A stretch of 64,000 nt of DNA from the human T2T-CHM13v2.0 reference genome, Homo sapiens. The stretch is taken from NCBI RefSeq assembly GCF_009914755.1, contig NC_060928.1; one strand, 5' to 3'. The position numbers were made by a program, and so were the translations under genes. The notes under the pieces are model-generated. The model saw only the letters and a list, made by a program, of their open reading frames with translations. It was not told where the DNA came from and ran no database searches. Below are positions 17,544 through 32,402 of this stretch, piece by piece. How positions within the stretch are numbered: the stretch's first letter is position 1; each line of letters opens with the position of its first letter.

Positions 17544-17992
17544 TGTTGAACTCAGAATAAAAATATACAGATGAATCCTTAGCATTTTATTTGGGAAGCA
17601 AGAATTGCAATTTGAGATACACAGACCAAGTGGTCTTTGTTATGTCTGAATAACAAAGAGGAGGTTGGGAGTTTTATTAGAAAGAGAAATCTTAAGTATT
17701 GTTTTGAAAGAAAGCTCACTGGCACTAGAGAATTTCTTTGGAGCTGGCAAGATCTGATTGGTGAATGATGGTGGTAGGTAAAACCAGTTTTAGAGTCATG
17801 GCAAGTCATTTCAGCAGCTGCTAGGTAAAACCGGTCTTAGGGTTGCAGCAGGTTGTTTCAGCACCAGGGTTTGTGGAAATGTTAATTCTTGGATCAGTTG
17901 CTCTGTGCGGTGAGTGCTTTTTCCCCCAGCCCTCAACCCTAATTTAGTTGGCTACAACAAGAATGACCCAATTTGTATAATCAACTTTCACA
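17544..17992 (-). mobile_element. Solo ERV1 LTR (MER31/MER67-like)
   Basis: TG...CA ends. The reverse strand starts tgtgaaagttgattatacaaattgggtcattcttg. About 450 bp. Confidence 0.7.
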
Positions 17993-19386
17993 CACCTTTC
18001 TCACATAATGGGCCTTTAATGGCTGTTGTCTGTCTTCTGTCCTTTTCAGTTTGAAAATCATTCTCCTAGCTAGAGAAGACTAAAGCAAGATAGGAGCTGA
18101 GTTTCTCTCTCTTTTTTTTTTAATCTATTATGATTAGTTTTTCTTCCCAAACAGGTTTGTTCTTGCCTTGTTTCTTTTCCTCTAGGAATAGGTTTTAAAA
18201 GACCCTCCATGTAATTTTTCATAGGCCGTGATCATTCTGGATTATAGTCATCACACCAGCATTCACACAGGCTCGGGTAACTTTCTCATTGACCTTGACT
18301 CCCTGCTCCTTCCGTTTCAGTCCTTCCCATTTTAAAAGCTCTTTTTGTTGTCATATAGGGAAATCATTAGCATTTTGAGACCAAATGCAGATGCTTAAAG
18401 GGGATGGACTACATAACTCTGAAAATTTGTACCTAAAGATCCAGGATACGGTGTCATTACTAAGGGCTTTGGAGGTGGAAAATGGCATTGGTTTAGAGGA
18501 GAAACAATCAGTTTCAGCTTCAGAAGGATAATTGGAGATAACCTGTCAGGCAGTTGGAAGGTGGAACTAGAGAAAAAGTGAGAAACCATAACTCGGTAAG
18601 ATTTAGCAGTCATGTGACCTTGATTATTTAACCACAAACTTAGATAAGATACTGGGGTAGCAAAGCTGAGAAATGCAAAGAGTGACCACTGGGAGATAAC
18701 TATGGTGAAAAAAATCAGGAGGGAGCTGGAGAGCTAATGAAAACGGATCTTTCAGACAAGGAGGAGTGCATCTCACATACTAGGTCAAGAGCAGCAAACC
18801 AAAAGAAGTTCTAAGAGCATTTTGTAATTAAACCTGGTATCACTGGTGTGTCAGCTCTCTGTGGCATTCACGTAGATGTCCCCCCAAGCCACATCTGTAA
18901 ATTCAGAGTAGTATCAACTATAGACATAAGTGTAGGAATGAGCACATTTCTTCCTTTCTCTACTTGGTTTCCTTAGTTTGTGACTGTGTGGCACAGAGTG
19001 CTGCAAGATCTCCAGCCGCAATGGAGAGTTCAAAACTGAACTCCAAGCAGCTCCAACATAGTATCCAGCTAAATTTCCTAAGATTCTCTATATCCCTAAA
19101 GGTCTGGAAAGGTAAGACAGTGTGGTATAGAACAGGAGTGCCACACCAGCAAGTGGCAGGCTAGAGGAAGTCTCAACTCTGCCTCCGGTTAAAGTGTAAC
19201 CTGAACAAATCACTTAACCCCTTCTTTCTTTGGATGAATCTCATTCATAAAATGAAGAAACTAGATTTGTAAGGGCCTTTCACTCCAAAATAATCATATT
19301 ATTTTAATACTAAGACTTACCTTCTGCCTCTTATTTTTTTTGAAGGGTAGCACACTATTTGGGGGAGTTTAAAAAGTTGTCATCGT

Positions 19387-19687
<301 letters not shown>

Positions 19688-20807
19688 TCATCTTCCTTTG
19701 CTTTAGAAAAGGGTCCTGCGGGTATGGGCCCTGGATTAGGGAATTTTAGGGGTAGGGAGTGGATCTTGCCCAAAATTTTAGTATTTACCTTTTAAACTCA
19801 GGCTGCCTCATTTCTGAATAAACTCAATGTATTGTGTAACTTAGAAAATTGGTTAGGAAATTTTATTTTTTATAACTTCTACAGAATTATATTTTAAGAA
19901 ACTTAGATTTCGATAGGTAAGGTGCTAGATATCAGCACTTAACCAGCAAATTCTGATTCTGCCACCTAATAGATGTAAACTCAACTTTGTAAATTCCAAG
20001 AAAAAAGAAAATTTAGTGCCACTAATAATGGAGTAGCTTAAATCACTGGTTCAAATGATATTGCAGCTCTGGCATCCAGGCTTCTAATGGGAAGGATGCC
20101 CTTTCATAGGCTTTTCAGCAGTGCTTTTATGTGGCAGACATTAAGTGAAAGGAAGATGATGGTAACTGAATTTATGCTTTCAGAAATATACTTAATTAAA
20201 CTGAAGCTAGGCAATCAGTAGAACCAGAATCTAAACATGTAATTCTTGCAAGATGAAGCCATTGGGCAACCAGTGAGTATCCAGAGGAAAGAAATGCTGG
20301 TCTTGTTTTGGTTTTAGATTAGTAAATATAGTAGTGGCAACTTGCTTCTCTAGAAGAGTCTTGTTCAGGAGGTGCAGGAATAGATTAAGGTTTTAAAAAC
20401 ATCTCTACCAAATTAGAAAAGTAATATTACAAGGACGTAGGCCTTCGGGCTTTCATATGAGACACCAGATTTCAAAGAAAAGAAAGATGTAATTGAGATC
20501 TGACTAGGGTATTCTACAAATTTTTTATTTGATCCAGTTTTCTAAGACATGTTAGAAGAAAAACTAACATGGCACATATTTTCCCTCTGTTCCCCCAAAT
20601 GAAGATAACAACTAACCAGGCTGGTTATCGCACTAAAATCCTGCCATCTTTTATACCTCCTTGCTGCTTACATTGTTGCATGTAAATTCCTCTTTTCCAT
20701 TGTGCTGAGCATGAGCATGAATTTTATGTAACAAGACTGAAATATTCTCCACAACAAACTTTTGTTCATGCTTTTAGATGTAACATTTTTGCACAGGGCT
20801 CTGTTGC

Positions 20808-20827
20808 TTTTTTTTTTTTTTTTTTTT
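20808..20827 (+). repeat. T20 homopolymer followed by acag (pyrimidine tract)
   Basis: Read directly. Confidence 0.95.
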
Positions 20828-20891
20828 ACAGAATCCATTTTCCAATTAATAAATAACATTATATTAAGAGAGTCTTCTTTTTACCAATTAG

Positions 20892-20981
20892 GTCAAAGTC
20901 CTAAAATTTTAAGACTCAAACCCCATGGTTTAGAGCGAACTGATTCACAAACCATAGGTGACTTTGCTACAAGAAGAAAGG
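20892..20981 (+). CDS. GAB1: GAB1 alternative cassette exon (90 nt, 30 aa: GQSPKILRLKPHGLERTDSQTIGDFATRRK) of the long isoform
   Basis: Acceptor ttttaccaattAG, donor G|GTatgt at 20982. Symmetric phase 1-1. The peptide matches the insert I recall in the longer GAB1 isoform. Confidence 0.9.
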
Positions 20982-22339
20982 GTATGTACTTTAGCACCGC
21001 ATGCTGTATGGGGCATTGGGAATTTATTTTGTAATGTTTTTTGTTTTTTTTCTAAAAATAAAGAAGAACCTTAAATACTACTGCTGTTGTAAATAAAACT
21101 TTCCTGCACATTATTTCTAAAGTGAATGCTTCCCATAATACACAATGAGTCTACTTACTCTGCCATTAACAACAGCATGTTAAATATTTGATAATATGTG
21201 ATATTCAGACTTGTCCTTTTGCATTATTCTTTTAACTTTGTAGACAACATTTTATCCTTTCAGTTTGTGAACTGTTTGTGATTTTCTGTTGTCTTCTGTC
21301 TTTATGTATATGTGTTCTGTTCTGAGACAGAATAAAGAATCATTTCCATGGATTAATTGTGCCATTATTTAAAAACTGACAGCTAAACTGCTATTAGCCT
21401 TTGGGTGTCAAAAAGTAAAACATTAACAGTTAAAGAAATACTTTCACTCAGCGGAATATTCTGTATGTTTCTATTTTAAGAATATAGACAAGCAAAATGG
21501 TTTCAGCTCAAATTAGTAAGTTAATTTGGTCTTCATTATATGTGAGTTGACAAAATACTTATGAGCCTCAATGCGTATGGTCCTTTAAAATGACCATTCA
21601 TTTTATAGTGTAATGGTAACTATGCCATAACATACATGGACAAAGACTATAAATAAATCTCAAAGATGAAATTTTTTGTTAAGAGTGGCAGAATGAAACA
21701 TAACTGAAATATTTACCTAACATGTTTAGGTAGTCTCCTAAAATATCTAGTATTAAATAGTATTGTTTCAGTTCTTTTGCTCACTCTGTAAATTTCTGAA
21801 AAAATCTCAGTCTTGACTTTAAGAAAATGGCTAAGAACTCTGTGGTATATATTGGTTTAATTGTCTACTGCAATATGAGGTAAATAAAGATCACTTATAA
21901 ATGAAAATTATTATTAGCATTTACTTAATTGTATATAATTTAGCAAGAGATTTGTTGCTTAAATTACACTAACAATTTGAAGTAAAATAATTATGGCCTT
22001 TTTTCAGAGCGGAGTTTGGATCTAAAGATACAAATATTGTTTCGTTTTGTTTGTTTCCAGACTGTGCATGAATTATTTTAAAAGATTCGAACATTTTTTC
22101 AGTTTGGGGTTTTAACAAAGTTGTGTTTTTAATAGTTTCTATGCATCATTTTATATATATAGTTATATACTCCAATATTGAAGAAAAGGAATGATTTTAC
22201 ATAGATGATTAAATTTTCTTATTGAGTATGAAATTGGTGAAATAATTTATGAAATAATGAAACATATAAAGCAACCATAGAGGAACTGGGTCACATTACT
22301 CTTTATCTCATTTAGTTTATATTCATAAAATATGCACTT

Positions 22340-22500
22340 AGGCAACATGTTGTAATAGAGGTTTAGGCTTTGAGGTAACAATCATGAAACATCTGATTTA
22401 GCTTTTACCACTAATTACTTAGCTATGTAACCTTGGGCAAATCATGTAACATTCATGGACCTCATTTCACATGTGAAACTAGGTGGTCTTAGGTTTACTC
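22340..22500 (+). mobile_element. MIR SINE
   Basis: Core tagctatgtaaccttgggcaaatca...cctcatttc. Confidence 0.6.
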
Positions 22501-22596
22501 TGGCTATCAAATATAAATAGAGTTACAGAGAGAGAATCTTGTTTGTTTTCCAAAGTTCTGTATACTAAAAATCTCTTTTTCTCTTTTTCTTTTCAG

Positions 22597-22690
22597 TCAA
22601 GCCAGCGCCTTTAGAAATAAAACCTTTGCCAGAATGGGAAGAATTACAAGCCCCAGTTAGATCTCCCATCACTAGGAGTTTTGCTCGAGA
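22597..22690 (+). CDS. GAB1: GAB1 coding exon (94 nt): (V)[30 protein letters not shown]
   Basis: Long pyrimidine tract plus cAG acceptor, donor GTaagt at 22691, frame continuous with neighbours. Confidence 0.96.
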
Positions 22691-22773
22691 GTAAGTCCTT
22701 TGTCTAAAATATGTAGTTTGTATGAATAATGTGACTATCTAGAATTGTTCATTATCATGGAAAATATCTGGAA

Positions 22774-23115
22774 TAGTGGTTCTCAATGGATGATCTGAAG
22801 AGCCCCCTTTTTGGGGGTTCTGTGAAGTCAAAACCATTTTCATTAATATATTAAGATGTTATTTTCTGTATTTTTTCTCCTTCTGAGTGTACAGTGGAGT
22901 TTTCCAGAGGCTACATGATAAGTGATGAGATCATTGTGACACCCAATAGAAATGTGTATTTGTGTATTACTTACGTTTTAAAAATATGTCTATTTTCATC
23001 TCTAATATGGCAAAATTAATAGATACAACTCATGTAAACAAAAATTTCTTGGGATTCTCAATAATTTTTAAGAGTGTAAAAGGTTTATGAAACCAAAAAG
23101 TACTGAGGACTACTA
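22774..23115. mobile_element. Internally deleted Charlie1-family hAT DNA transposon
   Basis: TIR remnants tagtggttctcaa/tgaggactacta. 8-bp TSD atctggaa/atcttgaa. Internal gtacagtggagttttccagaggctacatga. Confidence 0.75.
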
Positions 23116-23236
23116 ATCTTGAAAATATGGTAGTCTCTTGTGGAGATTATTTAACCGAGACTTATTTAAATGTATATAGGGAATTGAGAGGAATTTATGA
23201 AGTTACAAACCTATGTTGAACATATGTTCATGTTTC

Positions 23237-23255
23237 GTGTGTGTGTGTGTGTGTA
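23237..23255. repeat. (GT)n microsatellite
   Basis: Read directly. Confidence 0.9.
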
Positions 23256-23577
23256 TATAGTTTTTAAAAAAATAGAAATTCTTAAGTCTTCCATTTTATA
23301 TCTGTAACTTTCTACTTATCACCAAGTCACTGGCAGTGGTTTTTTTGTTTTACACAAAATATTTTGCTGTCCAAAATACACTTTTATAATACAATTATAA
23401 ATATTAGTTATGTGTTTGTACACAAAAATTACATCATTATAAATGTGTACAATGAATGATTATAAACATAAGGGAATATTTCTGAAAGAATGCAGACTGT
23501 CTCTCATTTTTATTTGGGGAATAATTTTAGATATTTTTGTCAAGGCTTATGTTTGTGATGATAATTTCTGTAATTAG

Positions 23578-23701
23578 CTCTTCCAGGTTTCCCATGTCCC
23601 CCCGACCAGATTCAGTGCATAGCACAACTTCAAGCAGTGACTCACACGACAGTGAAGAGAATTATGTTCCCATGAACCCAAACCTGTCCAGTGAAGACCC
23701 A
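23578..23701 (+). CDS. GAB1: GAB1 coding exon (124 nt): (D)[12 protein letters not shown]...[16 protein letters not shown], third YVPM site
   Basis: Acceptor taattAG, donor GTatgt at 23702. ORF 23537..23776 overlaps it. Confidence 0.95.
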
Positions 23702-23914
23702 GTATGTAAAGTTTTAACTTTTCCCTTTCTGAGCAGCCCTTTTCAGTCATTCAAGCTAGAACTGTTCTGTCTATAAATTTTATCCTCGTATCTTTATATA
23801 CTTAAGAAAAAGCAGTAAAAGACAACTTTTAAAAAGCTTATTAAAAATAATGTCATAAACTCTAAAACCAATAAAAGGTGAAAGTAAACTGTAAATGAGT
23901 TAAAAAAAAAAAGT

Positions 23915-24050
23915 TGCCTGGCACAGCAGCACAACCCTGTAGTTTCAGCTATTTGGGAGGCTGAGGTGGGAGGATCACTTGAGTCCTTGAGTCCAGCAGT
24001 TTGAGGCTAGCCTGCACAACATGTCACCCTGTCTCTAATTAGAAAAAAAT
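23915..24050 (+). mobile_element. Alu monomer (FLAM_A-like)
   Basis: About 130-bp monomer with a small internal duplication (cttgagtc). Confidence 0.8.
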
Positions 24051-24454
24051 TAAGTTTTCAGTTATATGTCATTTAAGAGATACTTGATTTTTTATACTCT
24101 TCAAGAAAATATACGGGCAGCATTTTATGATGCAATTCTCTAAGGCCATGTCACAGCACTCTAATGGTGAAATGGTCTTATAAGTAAGTAATATACCTTT
24201 AGATAGGTGTAAAGATTAAAGAAGACCTCTTATAAACATAACATGTTTGAGGTTGGCTATACTACCATAAAGCATGAGAATTTTCTAATGGTAGTGAGCA
24301 TTTTGTTCCTCATAAATCAGGTAGTTGCCAGAAAATACTTCAAATGTTTAAGAATACAAACCAATTTTAATTTTTAAAAATATTTTGCTTTAGCTTTTCC
24401 TTAAGTCAGATTTAATGTTTGCTTTGTTATTTGTATTTTAGTTGATAAGTATAT

Positions 24455-24920
24455 CCATTAGGATTAAGTTCCCCTCTGAGTAAAAGAAAATAAATATTTG
24501 TGACTCAAGAGAGAAGTTTCTTTCTTTCTCATGGAAAAGTCTAGAGAGAGTCAATCCAAGGCTGTTGTGGCAGCTCTGTTCCATAGAGTCTTCAGGGATT
24601 CAGACCTTTTCCAGCTCTCCAGTCTGCTTTCCTTGGGTGTGGCACATATGCTCATTGGACAAGATGATGCTCCAGCCAGCAGAGTGACATTCCAACTCCA
24701 GGTGGAGGAAAGAGAGAAAAAGAAGGGTACAGCCCAACTGCCTCATAAGGACAGTACCTCGAAACTGCTTTATAGAAACCATTAACCAGAACTTAGCCTG
24801 TGTGGCCACACTTAGACACAAAGGAGCTAGAAAACATAGACTTAGATCCGAGGAACAGTGGGCCCACCTAAAAATCCCATGCATATGGGAGAGGGGAGAG
24901 CAGGTATTGAGGGACAATCA
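24455..24920 (-). mobile_element. Old MaLR LTR (MLT1J/K-like)
   Basis: Diverged MLT1 hallmarks (ggtgtggcac...caagatgatgctccagc, agaacttagcc..tggccacacttag). Confidence 0.55.
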
Positions 24921-25186
24921 GACCATATCTTCCAGGATAAGCAAATACCTGATGTCAAAATTTAGAATGAGTAACACTTTAGTGGCCCTATATTATTTAA
25001 AACAGCCCTATTTAGAGGTATAAAATATAAAGCCCAATTCTGTCAATGAATTGGTTTTTCATCCTTAATAGACTTTAGGCAGAACCAGCTTTCTTAAAAC
25101 TATATATTGTCAGGAAACATAATTCAGTGATATGAAAAACTTGATTTTGTGCTTAAATTAATTAACTTTAAAATATTACCAAATTT

Positions 25187-25305
25187 AGCCAGGCACAGTG
25201 GCATGTGCCTGTAGTCCCAGCTACTCAGGAGGCTGAAGCAGGAGGATCTCTTGAGCCTAGTTCACACCTAGCCTGGGCAACATAGCGAGACCTCATCTAT
25301 AAAAA
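25187..25305 (+). mobile_element. Alu monomer (FLAM_A-like)
   Basis: Monomer with short A tail. Confidence 0.8.
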
Positions 25306-25875
25306 TTTTTAAATATCAAATTTATAAAGTATTCAAAAATAATATAATCAATATATCAATAATGTTTTCACTGATTTTTCAAGGCAGGGCAATTTTTAGA
25401 CACTTTTGCTTTTGTATTCACTATTTTTCAATTTGAGTGGAGTTCTATTATTATTATTTAAGTTAATTAGTTTTCCTCAGTATAGTAAGTTGACTCTAGT
25501 AAAACTCTAAATCCTAAATTCTCGGTCAGAGTAGATATTGTCACCTATTTTCAACTTTGGGTAGTTGAGTGAACTGTTTTCTTATCGTAAAGTAATTAGA
25601 GTATTTTCTGAGGTACTAAAGAGTGTGTCTTTTTGCCCAAAATAGTAAATAGCCATAAAAATTTTGGAAAGTCCCATATAATAGGAAAGTTTAAAAATGT
25701 GATTTGTCATGGGTGTTAGATGAAGGGAAAAGATGAAAAAGAAGAGCATTACAATCAGAAATCAAAGGAAATCAAAATACAATTTTTTTTTTTTACACCT
25801 AATGACAGTAAGCCAGAAAGGTGCTTTTACTTGCCACCAATAGAGGTGTCTAAATAAACACAATGTGGTGAATTT

Positions 25876-26175
25876 CTTTTTTTTTTTATTTGGAGACAGA
25901 TTCTCTTTCTGTCACCTAGGCTGGAATGCAGTAGCGCGATCTCAACTCACTGCAGCCTCCACCTCCTGGGTTTCAAATGATTCTCCTGACTCAGCCTCTC
26001 GAGTAGCTGGGATTACAGGTTTGCGCCACCACACACGACTAATTTTTGTGTTTTTGGTAGAGACAGGGTTTCATCATGTTGCGCAGGATGGTCTCAAACT
26101 CCCGACCTCAAATGATCTGCCTGCCTTGGCTTCCCAGAGTGCTGGGATTACAGGCGTGAGCCACTGCACCTGGCC
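25876..26175 (-). mobile_element. AluS/J
   Basis: Full Alu. TSD tgtggtgaattt/tgtgatgaattt. Confidence 0.92.
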
Positions 26176-26553
26176 TGTGATGAATTTATGAAGTACTTAG
26201 GTCCTATGTATTAGAAAAAAGCAAAAATGACCCAGGAGGACATACCTATCTACCAAGTACAATAGAAAAGTCAACAATGCCAATTCCATATCCTCATGCT
26301 GCCAAATACAAGGACTCATCATAGTCCATTCAACTCTCCCTTAGAAAAGAATATGAGAATTATAGCAATATTTAACAAACTTCTTTAATTTTGGATCAAA
26401 AATCATGCATTATCAAGTGAATTCTGAATGTGACACCTGAAATTCAAATGATGGTAAACCATAACTAAAGGCATACATACTGTTATGTGATAATAACAAC
26501 AAAAATATGTTAAATGATTTTACATAATTTTTAAAGAATTTTTTAAAAATCTA

Positions 26554-26874
<321 letters not shown>

Positions 26875-27429
26875 TTATTTAATTCAAAGAACACTTATAA
26901 TACCTTATAGAATCTTAGAGTTTCTCTAAACTGTTTTGGGAAAATACTGGGTGAAAGGCTAGAATACAGACAGGCTGTTCCAGTGGAGATTAAATCAAGA
27001 GCAAATAGACTTCCTTGTAGACACACAAATGTTAACCATACTTAAAGATGGAAAAACATTCAGTTCTAGTAATAACAGACATAAAATAGGTTAACTAGCC
27101 ACCCTGAGAAATTCTGTTTAGGAGCAACTTATTGGTATTATGCATGCAGGTCTTACAAATTTATGCATTTCTTTTATAGCCTTGTAATACTGTGAACAAT
27201 TCTAGATATTTCTAATCAGAGAAATGGAGGGTATGGGTCTTTCATTGATCACATTTGAATATAGAACTTTTCACACACTCATGGCTGATTTTATGTGACA
27301 ATGATATATAGAGTCATTCAGATAAAAAATTTCATGATGATTCCAGTTTCTCCATGAATTAGAAAGAAGAGAGGGATTGCTATTTATATTGAGGACCAAA
27401 ACTTGCTTATATTTTTTGTGCTCTACATG

Positions 27430-27743
27430 TTATTTTTGATTTTTTGATTTTTTAATTTTTTCAGACAGAGTTTCCCTCTGTTGCCCAGGCTGGAGTGCAG
27501 TGGTGCGATCTTGGCTCACTGCAACCTCCGCCTCCGGGTTCAAGCGATTATCCTGCCTCAGCCTCCCAAGTAGCTGGGATTACAGGTGCCCACCACCACA
27601 CCTGGCTAGTTTTTGTAGTTTTTAGTAGAGACGGGGTTTCACCATGTTGGCCAGGCTGGTCTCAAACTCCTGACCTCAGGTGGTCCGCCCGCCTCAGCCT
27701 CCCAAAGTGCTGGGATTACAGGCCTGAGCCACCGCGCCTAGCC
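27430..27743 (-). mobile_element. AluSx-like
   Basis: Full Alu with patterned T tail. Confidence 0.92.
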
Positions 27744-27884
27744 ATTTTATATATTTTTTTAATGTTTTATTTGTAGTAATTGATAAATTTGGTTTAAAAA
27801 ATCTGTTTCTTCAAGTAGGAATATTACATTTAGTTGTACAGGTTGTTTACTGAATAAACATACTGCATACCTGATTATATGAAA

Positions 27885-28006
27885 TTCAGGCTATGTGCTG
27901 CTCACCAAGCTGCAGTCGCCCACAGCACAGAGCTGTCTCACCCCAGTGCAAGAAGCACCTTTTAATAATTTGCAAAAAGGTTCCATACCAGCTATTAGCA
28001 GCCCTG
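27885..28006. mobile_element. hAT-Tip100 MITE fragment (MER91-like)
   Basis: gcaccttttaataatttgcaaaaagg...agcagccctg resembles a MER91 end. Confidence 0.45.
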
Positions 28007-29316
28007 CTACGAAATGAGAGAATAGTCTCAATATTTTCCTAGAAGTATCCTTTCCCTAAGGCACAGTTTTTTCTGTTTAACCTAAGCAAAAAGAAATGAA
28101 GTAGCAATATAAAAAGAATCAACAGAACCACCAGATGTATGCAGTTTTCAAATTGTTTTATTCATCATAACATGTATAAATTTTTAACTTTGTTAAATCA
28201 TTATGATTTTCTTTAAAAGTATGAGATAATATATGAACATTAATATCAACAGTGCACAAGGATGAAATTCCCTAATGAGAAATACACAGTCTTGCGTATG
28301 AGAAGCCAAGAACATTTCTAGATGGGGTTAAAAGGAGTAAGGCATGGAAACAAGTCACTTGTTTGAGCACATGTATAATAGAACCCTGTTGTAATTAGAG
28401 TGGAGGGAATATATAGGGACTTAGGTTCATGCCAGCTTTTCCTTTCTATTTAGCATTGATCTTCAAGTGCCTATTTTTCATTTTTCTGCCTCAAGTTTTT
28501 TGTTCCTGCTGTTTATCGCTGTCATCTATCTTCCTACCTTCTTTCCCTTTTTTTAGAGAGTAGTCCTACTGTACAAATCATCTGAAATGGTTATTTACAA
28601 ATTCCAGAGTTGTCTTCACTCTGCTCTCTTTAAAATCTTAGCACTATTTTTGTCCAAAATTTTAATTCTTTTTAAACCCAGAAGTTAGTAGTATTATTGC
28701 TCTTATTATATAAACTATGCTTATTTACGTTTTTCTGCATGTTTAGCAGCTTCTTTATCATTTCTTGTATTTCAGGCCTTCCTTAGGTAGTAATTTTCCT
28801 TCTCTCTTAAATACGTTCTTTAGAATGTATGCCTTTCAGGAAGGAAAAGATCAGGCTAAGGAAATTAGGTGGTAAAAAATCCAGATGATTGAAACAAAAT
28901 ACACTTAGCCAATGGAGTCAAACAAATTTTAGTGTGAAAGCCTTTAGATAAAACGTAGAAAGTTTTTTTAAAATTTAACTTGAAAGCAAGGAATATAAAG
29001 ATCCTGTAAAGCATAATTGAGTACAGACATAATTTTAATAATGTTCAAGTTGGGCTATCATAGCTAAGTATCTCCTGATGTCTCAATCTTAGTGTGAACC
29101 AAGTTTAACTTTTGAAACTACGTTTAGCTTGCTCTAAGCTAGGCTTTAATCAGTTTTTTAAATATTACTTATTTTCTTTCTATCCTAAAAGGTTGTTTAA
29201 CTTTTTAAGCTATGTCCTCTTGAAAGCAAATATTTAGGCTTCCGTAGATGTTCAACAGTACGAGTGGTATGTCTGGTGAATGTCTGACCGTTGATTTTGT
29301 TGTCTAATACTTTCAG

Positions 29317-29439
29317 AATCTCTTTGGCAGTAACAGTCTTGATGGAGGAAGCAGCCCTATGATCAAGCCCAAAGGAGACAAACAGGTGGAATACTTAGAT
29401 CTCGACTTAGATTCTGGGAAATCCACACCACCACGTAAG
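29317..29439 (+). CDS. GAB1: GAB1 coding exon (123 nt): [44 protein letters not shown]2 site YLDL
   Basis: Branch-like ctaat plus tttcAG acceptor, donor AAG|GTgagt at 29440. Phase 0-0. Confidence 0.97.
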
Positions 29440-29619
29440 GTGAGTGACATGTGACATGTCTCTTCTTTGTATACAGTTAGTTCACACTTCAAACCTGAAG
29501 AATTATTTCCTTTGGGATAATTTTATTAAGTTATGTTTAATATAAATTTAGTCTGGTCTGCTACTTGATGCTATCTCATAAAACAAAAATAACATAGTTA
29601 TGGAGACTGATTATTTTTT

Positions 29620-30950
<1,331 letters not shown>

Positions 30951-31413
30951 CATCAGTTCCCTTCAGGGGTCCCTAGCTTGATGAGATATTCTCAGTTTCA
31001 GCATCACCTCCAATGCAGGGCCTCCTGATTGCATTTTTGAGATTGACATTCATCCTAAAGCCAACACCACGTTTACCATTTAGAAGCTCACCACTCCCTC
31101 TACTTCTCTTATACCTTAGACATTTCACTTTCTAGTGAGCGCAGCAGTGCATTGATAATTTTATTTAAATATCTATATCTTGTTGAATTTTAGGAATGAA
31201 AAGGCATCAGCTTATGTAGTTTGTCATTCTTGAAGTATAACTTTTCCAAAAACATTTCTTGTTAGCTCTCAAAGTAAACATTGATTCATGTTCTCAGAGG
31301 TTGAGAGACAGTCAAGCTTAAGTTGACAGGAGAATCAGGTTGTCTATGTTAAGATGAAACAGGCATCTGCTGTCCCTATTTTTTATGAATTTCATCTGTC
31401 ATGGAAGCATTAG

Positions 31414-31724
<311 letters not shown>

Positions 31725-31796
31725 TTTGAATTCTTAAATATAATAATTTTAAATTTAAGGCAAAAATAGTATATAGTTAGGAGAGAGACATTTTTA

Positions 31797-32174
<378 letters not shown>

Positions 32175-32243
32175 TTAAGACTGAGTTGTACTCAGGAACA
32201 CTCCTTTATATGTTGGACTTTTTGTTTTTTCTTTGTGTTTTAG

Positions 32244-32402
32244 CAAAAGAGCAGTGGCTCAGGCAGCAGTGTAGCAGATGAGAGAGTGGATTATGTTGTT
32301 GTTGACCAACAGAAGACCTTGGCTCTAAAGAGTACCCGGGAAGCCTGGACAGATGGGAGACAGTCCACAGAATCAGAAACGCCAGCGAAGAGTGTGAAAT
32401 GA
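32244..32402 (+). CDS. GAB1: GAB1 last coding exon: [55 protein letters not shown]2 site YVVV
   Basis: T-rich tract plus tAG acceptor, stop TGA at 32400-32402. Confidence 0.97.
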   Translation, partial: QKSSGSGSSVADERVDYVVVDQQKTLALKSTREAWTDGRQSTESETPAKSVK

